Position numbers and translations under genes: made by a program. From an uncultured Methanoregulaceae archaeon (GTDB lineage Archaea; Halobacteriota; Methanomicrobia; Methanomicrobiales; Methanospirillaceae), in NCBI GenBank assembly GCA_963737635.1, contig CAVTTL010000001.1, positions 416,001 to 480,000 of the forward strand: a stretch of DNA of 64,000 bases. The letters are read 5' to 3'. Numbering within the stretch: the first letter of the stretch is position 1; every line of letters starts with the position of its first letter. The notes beneath the pieces are model-generated. The model saw only the letters and a program-made list of their open reading frames with translations. It was not told the DNA's origin and ran no database searches. Below, in pieces: positions 9,603 through 17,577 of this stretch.

Positions 9603-10787
9603 TTATTTTACCGATAATCCGATCATTGTCTCCCACCGGTTCCCCAAAAGATTGATCGGGATATTTGCCATTTGAGCCGGTGTTAATCCCCCAATTCCCT
9701 GATGTGGCCGGATGTAATTGTAATATGTCTGCATCCCGGCTACAAACTCCTCAGCGCCAACTGAGCTATCAAGGCTTCTCATTACCTTCGTCCTCTCTCT
9801 GAAAGTTCCGTTCAAGCGTTCGAGGATATTGTTGTTGGGCTTTGTCTCAAAGTCCTTTAACCGGATGTGTGGGTTCTGGATCGGCTCAGCAATATCGTAG
9901 AACTCGGCTTTAACGGCTTTCTTGTATGCCTGTAGCCCATCGGTGACTATTGCATCAGGTCGTCGGTTCGTAACTTCTTTCGCCTTCTTTAACGGAATAC
10001 GGGCATCTTCCACAAACCTCGTCTCAGTAATCTGGCAAGCCAAGAGGTAGCGCGTCTTCGCATCCATGAGGTTCCAGATCCAGTGATAGTGTTTCTTCTC
10101 ACCCTCTTTCTTGATGAACACCGTCGTTTCATCACAGTGCCAAATGTTGCCTACTTCCGCCTCGTACTTCTCAGCGTATTTTCCGAGTAACTGAGTGTAT
10201 TTCTTGATCCAGCGCATCGGGGTTGTAGGATCAACTTCCCGGTCGTGGAACTGTTGGATGTGATCGCTAATCTTCCTGAGGCTAACGCCTTTAAAATAAA
10301 GGTCGAGAGTGAGCGTGATTACTTTGGGATCGTGCTTTACCCGGCTGAATCCAACATTGATAACAAACCGGTGGTTGCAGTCTTTGCATCCGTACCGCTG
10401 GATCTCTCCATATGAGTTCGCCCTTACCCCTCGCTTTACAGTATTCTTACTTTTACAGATTGGACAGTTGATTCTCCCAATTTCATCACCCTGTATTTTT
10501 TGGGCTTTAATATCAGTTTCTACATCTACTTTAATTTTTAGGGAGAACTGAACGGCGTAAATGTGTTTACAAATAACGTTGCGGGTTTCGTGATCGGGGC
10601 AAGTGCATTTCCAGTCGTGCATGTGATTCCGATCCCGGCCTTTTACAAAGACACGAGAAACCCGGTAGTAAGCATCTTTTGACTGAGAACGCACATCCCA
10701 TTCGTTCTTTCCCATCGATATGATAGTGTCTGGCTCTGAGAGGATTTTTAGACCTCTTAACTCTCTTGGGTTGCTGAACTGATCCAT
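9603..10787 (-). CDS. IS6/IS240-type DDE transposase with N-terminal SWIM finger and Zn ribbon
   Basis: CTCPD..CKH (SWIM), CPIC..CKDC ribbon, HTH, WHCDET / VTDG / NNILER triad, YNYIRPH; AGGAG RBS before ATG 10787. Confidence 0.93.
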   Translation of the reverse strand: MDQFSNPRELRGLKILSEPDTIISMGKNEWDVRSQSKDAYYRVSRVFVKGRDRNHMHDWKCTCPDHETRNVICKHIYAVQFSLKIKVDVETDIKAQKIQGDEIGRINCPICKSKNTVKRGVRANSYGEIQRYGCKDCNHRFVINVGFSRVKHDPKVITLTLDLYFKGVSLRKISDHIQQFHDREVDPTTPMRWIKKYTQLLGKYAEKYEAEVGNIWHCDETTVFIKKEGEKKHYHWIWNLMDAKTRYLLACQITETRFVEDARIPLKKAKEVTNRRPDAIVTDGLQAYKKAVKAEFYDIAEPIQNPHIRLKDFETKPNNNILERLNGTFRERTKVMRSLDSSVGAEEFVAGMQTYYNYIRPHQGIGGLTPAQMANIPINLLGNRWETMIGLSVK

Positions 10788-10918
10788 CTTTGTTATCTCC
10801 TTGTTAGTTCTATGTATATACATTGTTCTAACAAGTATTTAATTGTTGTTGTTTTGTTGTAACAAAGATGCAACAATGTTGCGTAGATTTATATACAAAA
10901 TTGAACAAAGTAATTTCC

Positions 10919-11074
10919 ATGACTGGACAAATGGACGTTCACACATCAGCCTATCAGGTGCTTGACAAAACAGTGAAATCTATCGGGAACTCTGGCGGCG
11001 TCTTGGTTCCAAAAAAGTGGGTGGGGAAGAAAGTGAAGATCCTGTTATTGGAAGAAGTGATGGAAGAAGAATAA
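10919..11074 (+). CDS. DUF2080-like transposase-associated small protein (AbrB-like)
   Basis: KTVKSIGNSGGVLVPKKWVGKKVKIL; TTTATATA box at 10888-10895. Confidence 0.8.
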   Translation: MTGQMDVHTSAYQVLDKTVKSIGNSGGVLVPKKWVGKKVKILLLEEVMEEE

Positions 11075-11092
11075 GCAATCCTATTTTTCAAG

Positions 11093-11170
11093 TCTCGAGA
11101 AGTTTGGATCTCGAGCAGTGTTTAGAAGGATTCTCGAGCAAATCCAGTCTCGAGTAATTTGAGTCTCGAG
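11093..11170. repeat. Array of five TCTCGAG motifs (palindromic CTCGAG core)
   Basis: CTCGAG at 11094, 11110, 11133, 11149, 11165 (spacing 16, 23, 16, 16), just upstream of TTTTATAA at 11185-11192. Confidence 0.85.
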
Positions 11171-11215
11171 AAACAAATGGATAATTTTATAATTTGCTGA
11201 ATGTACGATCATTCT

Positions 11216-12340
11216 ATGGAGCAAACAAAACTTGTAAACGAGATGGAGGAAACAAAAGACGCCGATATTGACATAAAACCCTCTATAAAGTTCTTGAATA
11301 CAAAACAAAAAGAACTCTTCACAACTGTAGTAGATTATAATTTGGGTACATTAGCAAACTTGGTATCACAAGAAATAATTGAGCTATCTCCAAGATTTCA
11401 AAGAAGATCTCGTTGGGACGCAACAAAAAAATCAAAGCTTATAGAATCGTTTTTAATGAACGTTCCAGTCCCTCAGATATTTCTGAATGAAGATTTAACC
11501 GGTAGATATTCGATAATTGATGGGAAACAGAGATTAACTGCCATACATGATTTTTTATACGGTGGATTAATCTTAACTGATTTGGAAGTTTTTAGCGATC
11601 TAAACGGTAAAAATTTTGAAAGTCTTCCGATACAGCATAAATCAACTTTACAAGCAAGAGCAATTCTACGAGCTGTAATTATTTTAAAACAATCCAACAA
11701 GACGATAAAATATGAAGTTTTCCGTCGATTAAATACCGGTGGAGTTGAACTCAATGCTCAGGAAATCCGAAATAGTGTTGCCCCCAGTAAATTTAATGAT
11801 ATGTTACTCGAGGTGTCGGAGAACAAAAAATTCCATAAACTTCTGAATATAAAAGACAAAAATACATCTAAAACCTATCAGGAAATGCTCGACGTAGAAT
11901 TTGTTTTGAGATATTGCACATTTAAAGATATTTGGCAGACTTTTTCTGGGGGAATCGGAAGTAGCATGGATGATTTTATGGATGACAACCAAAAAACTCC
12001 AAAGGACAAATGTAATGAAATGCGAAAAGATTTCTTAAATACATTGGATGTAGTTGAAGCGTGCTTTGGGGAGGATGCATTCAAACGATATTTACCAGAT
12101 AAAGAACGCTGGAGACCAAAGGTTTTGGCTTCGTTATACGATGCTCAAATGTTTGCGTGTAGTGGATTAACTGTCTCTCGAGTAATCCCCCACAAAGATG
12201 AAATTGTAAGCAATTATAAAGAGTTGTTTTCAGATCTGGAGTTCCGCAAAACAATTGACGCTGGTACAAACACCCCGTCATATTTCATAGGTAGGATAAC
12301 CAAGGTTAAAAAGATCATAACAGATGCTATCCGTTGTTAG
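11216..12340 (+). CDS. DUF262 (ParB/Srx-like, GmrSD N-terminal-type) protein
   Basis: PRFQRR..W, IDGKQRL, FRRLNTGG..L motifs; start 11216 fits a leaderless transcript from the TATA at 11185 (alternative start 11201). Confidence 0.9.
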   Translation: MEQTKLVNEMEETKDADIDIKPSIKFLNTKQKELFTTVVDYNLGTLANLVSQEIIELSPRFQRRSRWDATKKSKLIESFLMNVPVPQIFLNEDLTGRYSIIDGKQRLTAIHDFLYGGLILTDLEVFSDLNGKNFESLPIQHKSTLQARAILRAVIILKQSNKTIKYEVFRRLNTGGVELNAQEIRNSVAPSKFNDMLLEVSENKKFHKLLNIKDKNTSKTYQEMLDVEFVLRYCTFKDIWQTFSGGIGSSMDDFMDDNQKTPKDKCNEMRKDFLNTLDVVEACFGEDAFKRYLPDKERWRPKVLASLYDAQMFACSGLTVSRVIPHKDEIVSNYKELFSDLEFRKTIDAGTNTPSYFIGRITKVKKIITDAIRC

Positions 12341-12349
12341 AGGAATATT

Positions 12350-13036
12350 ATGAGACAACCATCTTTTGCTCTCGAGAATTTTAAAAAATCGATTGCAATT
12401 GCTGAGACTTTGCTAACTCGAGAGAGGAGATACAAAGAACCCCTACAAATAAAAAATTTTAAGATAGTTCAAGGTCTCCGGGGAGGTGCGTTGGTATTGA
12501 TGGTGGCATCGTTCGAAAATTACCTCAAAGAGGTGATGGAAGAACGATTGAATGAATTGTCTTCATCTTCAAAATTTAATTTTTCTTCATTACCCCCTAA
12601 AATTATCCAGCATAATCACAAAGTGACTCTCTCTCGATCATTGCGTGCTCCGGACGATTTTGATACCCCTCAAAAAATCTCGAGGTTGGTGACAGCTTCT
12701 GAATTTGTCACATACAAACGGATTAATCCTGAAGCATTCAGTGTTGCTATTAGAAGCAACCCAAATTCGGAAAGACTCGAGGACTTTTTCAAATCAATTG
12801 GACATAAAGATTTTTTTAAGAGAACCGAGGAAAAATATGAAAATAAAGCTGGAAAAAAAACTGATGTCAAAGGTACATTAGATTCTATTATTCGTCAAAG
12901 ACATCTGGTGGCTCATTATGCAAATGCTATTTCCCTGAGTCGATATGAATTAAATGAGTATGTAACGTTTTTAAAAAACCTTTCAGAAATATGTGATGAT
13001 GAATTATATATTAGAATCCAATCACTCAACAAATAG
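12350..13036 (+). CDS. HEPN nuclease (MAE_28990 / RiboL-PSP-HEPN-like)
   Basis: ALVLMVASFENYLKE helix and Rx4H motif RHLVAH; 9 bp after the DUF262 stop. Confidence 0.82.
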   Translation: MRQPSFALENFKKSIAIAETLLTRERRYKEPLQIKNFKIVQGLRGGALVLMVASFENYLKEVMEERLNELSSSSKFNFSSLPPKIIQHNHKVTLSRSLRAPDDFDTPQKISRLVTASEFVTYKRINPEAFSVAIRSNPNSERLEDFFKSIGHKDFFKRTEEKYENKAGKKTDVKGTLDSIIRQRHLVAHYANAISLSRYELNEYVTFLKNLSEICDDELYIRIQSLNK

Positions 13037-13046
13037 ACTCTTTCTA

Positions 13047-13100
13047 AAAAGTCCCGCCATGCAACACCTACCTGAGAAGTCCCGACAACGCAACAGAACC
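13047..13100 (-). repeat. Right terminal inverted repeat (54 bp)
   Basis: Exact reverse complement of 9105-9158, followed by GACTAACG. Confidence 0.97.
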
Positions 13101-13695
13101 GACTAACGTTAGATTCAACAACACAAGGGACTAACATTAATGGACCTGCTATATACGTCACACCTAGCCAAATCTCTACATTTAATCTCAATGATGTCGA
13201 TCTGACCATTAACGGTGTGGATTATGGCCAATATACGATCTCCCAAATATATATCGGCAGTTACAGTTCCTTCACATCCACTCTTACGTTGAATGTCCCT
13301 TCGCAATCAGCACAGACAGAGTTCGATGCAAATGGGGCATGCGTGATATGTAACGCGGTCAGTTCTACTCCGATCACCGTCTATAATCTGGGGATGGGGG
13401 CAGGTGGAATTAACCTTGGACCTATGGCGACTATTTATTACAGCGGTGGAGCGACCGGGTATTCTCTTTCCTGATCCCTGAATGTTATTTTAAATAATTT
13501 CTTGCATTTTTTTTACTTGTTCTACCTCAGGCACATTCCCTCGGGAAGTAGTTCGGGTTTCGATTCAGCACGATGTTTCAATGGGGGCAGAGGTAAATGA
13601 CTAAGATTCGGCTCTTCAGAAACTCTTGGTTTCCGATCAATTACAAAAACGTATCGACTGAAGGGACAGAGTCCCCTATATTTTAATCAGCTTTT

Positions 13696-15262
13696 TCACC
13701 GTGAGGGATGGGGAATTATATGCGAGTTCCTGCTCACGAGCAGATTATACGCATCGTGTGCCAGGTTATACCGCACCAGCACATTCCGGATCTCAAGCAC
13801 CGCGCCATATGGCGCGGACCCCAGCTCCCGGTTAGACTGGGCGATGTGAAATGCAGGCAGCACTGCATATACCGGTTTTTCTGCTGAACCGTCGCAGAGT
13901 CTAAACAAATGAGTTTCCGCATCTCCGAGATCCTCGGACATTTTCGCCGCCACTATCGTGATCCGTTTTCCCACGTTCAGATGTACTTTGGACAGACGCA
14001 GCGCTTTCGTATCTTTCTGGATGTGACAGGATGCGCGAACCTTCCCATCCTTCCGTAATATTACATAGCTGTACTTGATGTCCGTATTCACGTACCGGAA
14101 CGCCTCATTGCATCCCGCAAGAGTATTCATGATCCGGGTGGGTCGAATTGAGGGAGCGGTCTGAAAACTCCAGCATCGATCCGGAGTGCAGTTCGTGCCC
14201 CAGACGAACGTGCAGGGGGCATAGATCGAGAGACCCTGCTTCTTTAACGCGAGGGCAAGGATACGCAGGCCGGTGGAAGTCGCTTCTTCCGCGGGTTCGA
14301 TTATGAGGAGCGTACCGTCCGGTGCAAGCCGTTCTGCATAGTTCATCACAATATCCGCACGCGCTGCAACCGACAGTCCAGCCAGTTCGTTGAGTACGTT
14401 GGAAAAGATCATCAGATCGACGCTGTCAGGGAGCGGCACGTCCCGGGGGGAGGTGATATCAGACTTCCTTGGAAGACTCTATCGTTACTTGGGGGTCCTG
14501 TAAGATAACACTCCGGGCCAGAGCATCAAATGCTTCGATGTGCTCTTTTGAGCGTTCGACAGAATAGACTGTCGCCCGGGCTGTATCCAGACACATCCAG
14601 AAATCCTCGATGGCAAGAGGTATGACCCCCGGCCCGGTGCCGAGATCGAGGATTGTCATCTGCTGTTTCAGCAGCCCGTCACGGGCAAGCTGCGCAAGAA
14701 GGTGCCGGGCCTGCATGAAGTAGACCGGGAAATGGTACGCAAGGTAGCCGAGCACTGAATAGCCTTTCGTGTACTGGAGCGACCGTTTGTCTGTCGGTTT
14801 CCAGTAATCGTCTTTCTGGGCGACAATCGCGCGGCGGAGCCGTTCGAGAATCACCGGATCAGACCAGTCTTTGCCGGTTTTTCTGGTGATGTACTGCTCG
14901 ATGGCCGTTTCAAGAACAGAAGGCATGGCAGAGAGGGAAAGGTACGCGTTAAGGCGTTTTTCTTCGGCAGTATTCAGGATGTAAGAGTGTGGCGGCAGCT
15001 GCCGCGAAATAGTATAGTCTTCACCGGTCTTTTGTGCGGCAAGACCAAGTCCGGCAAGATGCGGTTGGATCGCCGCATACATCTGCCCGATGGTCAGCGG
15101 TTCGTCAAGATAGGCTGCAATCTCAGAAAGCAGGAAGGCCGGTTTTGTGCCGGACACGTATTTTATCGTTGAAAGAAACTGCTTTGCGGCCATGATCTGC
15201 CGGAATCTTTGCCGCGTGCCCTCATACATCTTTGGATGGCTATCCCTCGTCAGCTCTGCCAC
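13696..15262 (-). CDS. Class I SAM-dependent methyltransferase (Rsm22-like), frameshift near 14470
   Basis: YLAYHFP, ILDLGTGPG in the 5' ORF; SNVLNEL, LIIEPA, IYAPC...CW, YSYVIL in the 3' ORF. Confidence 0.8.
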
Positions 15263-15347
15263 CCTTTCCCGCCGTACCTTTCCGGCTACCGCTGATATCC
15301 ATCCAGTTCATGAGCCGGAAAGACAACATGGGTCAGAGGAGTGTGCC

Positions 15348-15578
15348 ATGTTCGATCATTGTCCTGGTGCAGCCAATATACGGACACCGACGCTCGCGAT
15401 AAAAAAGTGCCCGCAGTGCGGGGAGGAAGTCGAACTATTTTCAAACGATGTTTCCGTAAAATGCAGCAAGTGCGAATTTGTGATCTACAATGATATCGCA
15501 TCGTGCGTACAATGGTGCAAGCATGCCCGGGAATGTGTTGGCGAGGAGATGTACCGGAAGCTCACGGAAAAGAGATAG
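15348..15578 (+). CDS. Small Cys-rich metal-binding protein (76 aa)
   Basis: GAGGAG RBS; CPG, CPQC, CSKC, CVQWCKHAREC. Confidence 0.75.
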   Translation: MFDHCPGAANIRTPTLAIKKCPQCGEEVELFSNDVSVKCSKCEFVIYNDIASCVQWCKHARECVGEEMYRKLTEKR

Positions 15579-15593
15579 TACGATAAAAGGTCT

Positions 15594-16028
15594 CTAAAAT
15601 ATCCGGTTATTTCCCGGATCCGCACCCATGCTGATGCTCCCCGGGAACCCAGCGATCGCCGTCCCGGCAAAGCTCTTTTTCCAGATCGGTACTCCAGCCT
15701 TTATTGCTTCGATGATAAATCGTGAGCCCTCATACGCTTCCTTGCGGTGTCCTGCGCTAACCACAATAACCAGGATATTCTCACCAATGGCAAGCCGACC
15801 GATCCGGTGAACGATGTCGACAGAGAGCAGGCTGAAGGTCTTTTTTGCTTCATCGGCAATCTTCTCGAGTTCGGGCACGGCAACTTCACTATATGCCTCA
15901 AGTTCCATCTCACGGATATTGTCGTCCCGGACTACGCCGTCGAAAACAACGATTGCCCCGGTTCCATGCCTCTTTGCCGCAGTTATCAGTCTCCTGATAT
16001 CAACATCTTCGGTCTGGATTGCTATCAT
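15594..16028 (-). CDS. moaE: Molybdopterin synthase catalytic subunit; 3' frameshift, true stop probably near 15607
   Basis: GAIVVFDGVVR, HRIGRL, HR..AYE, PIWKK; adding one A gives PIWKKE...RWV. Confidence 0.9.
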   Translation of the reverse strand: MIAIQTEDVDIRRLITAAKRHGTGAIVVFDGVVRDDNIREMELEAYSEVAVPELEKIADEAKKTFSLLSVDIVHRIGRLAIGENILVIVVSAGHRKEAYEGSRFIIEAIKAGVPIWKKSFAGTAIAGFPGSISMGADPGNNRIF

Positions 16029-16039
16029 TGCAGCCCCCG

Positions 16040-16318
16040 TTACCCGCCTGCAACGGGGGGAAACACTGCAATTTCGTCACCATCGGTGACACGGGTCGTT
16101 CCTGCAGCCGCCGTTTCCACACGCTTGCCGTTCTGCATCAGGATCACAAATTCCCTGAATATACCCTTCTCGTCAAAGATTGCCAGGTATCCTTCCTTGT
16201 TCTTTCCTGCAATATCTTTTACAAGTTCGGATAGCACTGTATCCTCCCTGACATCAACCGTTATGTCGGTTCCAAGCAGTTCCCGGAACCGGGCAAAAAA
16301 CCGTACCCTGACCGTCAT
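16040..16318 (-). CDS. moaD: MoaD/SAMP1-like ubiquitin-like sulfur carrier
   Basis: VRFFA.FRE, DGDEIAVFPPVAGG C-terminal diglycine. Confidence 0.9.
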   Translation of the reverse strand: MTVRVRFFARFRELLGTDITVDVREDTVLSELVKDIAGKNKEGYLAIFDEKGIFREFVILMQNGKRVETAAAGTTRVTDGDEIAVFPPVAGG

Positions 16319-17109
16319 TTTTTCTTCTCTCTCCGTTTTTTTTCTGTATCTGATTCCGGTGAACTGTTTAACTCACAGCCTTCCCCGCACGATGTGCACT
16401 CCGGGTTCCTTTCAACAGCAATTTCTTCTGCGTGCATGGTCATCCCATCCCAGATCAGCAAGCGGTTCGCAAGGAGGTCCCCGGTCCCGAGGAGGTACTT
16501 GAGCACCTCGGTGGCTTGGATCGTACCGATAACTCCCGGTGTCGCACCCACAACCGGAAAAACTTCCTGCGGGGGAGCAGAGGGAAAAATGCAGCGCAGG
16601 CAGGCCGTCTTCTCCGGGAGAATGGTGGTCGCCTGGCCGTAAAATCCCCGTATCGCGCCATGAAAGAGCGGGATCTTCTTTTTCTGGGCGATATCATTGA
16701 GGAGATACCGGATAGGGTAATTGTCCATCGCATCTACAATACCATCGGCGCTGCCGATCAATTGTCCGGTATTCGATTCGTCGATAGTGGTATCGATCAC
16801 CCTGATCGTAATATCGGGGTTGAGTGCCTGCAGTTTTTCTTCAGCAGACGCAGTCTTCTTCCTGCCAATGTCCCGGTCGTAATGCAGGATTTGCCGGTTG
16901 AGATTGGTCTGGTCTACGATATCCTTGTCCACGACAGTAATGGTTCCGACTCCAGCTACTGCAAGGTAGATCGAGATCGGCGATCCCAATCCCCCAGCAC
17001 CGGCAATAAAAATATGAGCCCTCTTGAGGCGTTCCTGCCCGGCATCGCCAAAAAGCATCATCTGGCGTTTGTAACGTTCGCGTTCACGTTCGGAGAGCAT
17101 CTGTTTCAC
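16315..17109 (-). CDS. moeB: MoeB/ThiF/UbaA E1-like adenylyltransferase
   Basis: RYKRQ, GAGGLG, NLNRQ, CLRC and CTSC Zn sites. Confidence 0.92.
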   Translation of the reverse strand: MKQMLSERERERYKRQMMLFGDAGQERLKRAHIFIAGAGGLGSPISIYLAVAGVGTITVVDKDIVDQTNLNRQILHYDRDIGRKKTASAEEKLQALNPDITIRVIDTTIDESNTGQLIGSADGIVDAMDNYPIRYLLNDIAQKKKIPLFHGAIRGFYGQATTILPEKTACLRCIFPSAPPQEVFPVVGATPGVIGTIQATEVLKYLLGTGDLLANRLLIWDGMTMHAEEIAVERNPECTSCGEGCELNSSPESDTEKKRREKKK

Positions 17110-17142
17110 CTGGTTAAACCGGATCTGGAACGAGTCCTCAGG

Positions 17143-17577
17143 TCAATGCTGGCATTCAGGTTCTTCATCGTGATCGTGTGAATGACTCGAAGTCTCTTTC
17201 CACGGCTCAAGACCGTGTTTTACGCGATAGTCATTTATCGCCTTGTGGATTCCCTCTTCTGCAAGCACTGAACAGTGCATCTTGATCGGTGGTAGACCGT
17301 TCAGGGCCTCGGCAACCGCCTTGTTGGAGAGCTGCCACGCGTCCTCAAGGCTTTTTCCCCTGACAAGTTCGGTTGCCATGCTGCTGGACGCGATCGCCGC
17401 CCCGCAACCGAACGTCTTGAACTTCGCATCGACGACAATATTATTCTCGATTTTCAGGAAGATCTTCATAATGTCGCCGCAGACCGGATTCCCGACCTCC
17501 CCGACGCCGTCCGGGTTCTCGATCTCCCCGACGTTGCGAGGGTTTTTGAAATGATCCATCACCGTTTCGCTATACAT
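17143..17577 (-). CDS. iscU: Fe-S scaffold IscU/NifU N-terminal type
   Basis: DHFKNPRNVG, NPVCGD, FGCGAAIASSS, LPPIKMHCS. Confidence 0.95.
   Translation of the reverse strand: MYSETVMDHFKNPRNVGEIENPDGVGEVGNPVCGDIMKIFLKIENNIVVDAKFKTFGCGAAIASSSMATELVRGKSLEDAWQLSNKAVAEALNGLPPIKMHCSVLAEEGIHKAINDYRVKHGLEPWKETSSHSHDHDEEPECQH

Larger units (their letters stand above)
9105..13100. mobile_element. IS6-family transporter insertion sequence, 3,996 bp, with passenger genes
   Basis: Perfect 54-bp terminal inverted repeats starting GGTTCTGTTGC, 8-bp direct repeat GACTAACG at 9097-9104 and 13101-13108, DDE transposase, AT-rich interior. Confidence 0.95.
8184..13474 (+). pseudogene. Pilin N-terminal + PKD domain protein interrupted by IS element (8184-9104 joined to 13109-13474)
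   Basis: GAASEVIGTVLLI prepilin motif and PKD (WNWSFGD, PSHTY). Removing 9105-13108 restores a continuous 428-aa frame (...DIVRLT|LDSTTQG...GYSLS). Confidence 0.92.

Noticed and set aside
11093-11170. CTCGAG array as a mini-CRISPR
   Set aside because: The 7-bp repeats and 9-16-bp spacers are far too short, and there are no cas genes. No CRISPR array was seen anywhere in the window.
11081-11308. 75-aa minus-strand ORF across the CTCGAG array
   Set aside because: It is antisense to the DUF262 start and promoter and has no protein-like features, so it is treated as a shadow ORF.
9105-13100. Composite transposon or IS1595/IS1 assignment
   Set aside because: There is only one transposase and one TIR pair. 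The catalytic motifs and GGTTCTGTTGC ends fit IS6 better, despite the IS1-like Zn ribbon.
15670-15682. Programmed frameshifting in moaE, lysA and others
   Set aside because: There is no shared slippery site or stimulator, and both +1 and -1 events are scattered, so sequencing error is the simpler explanation.
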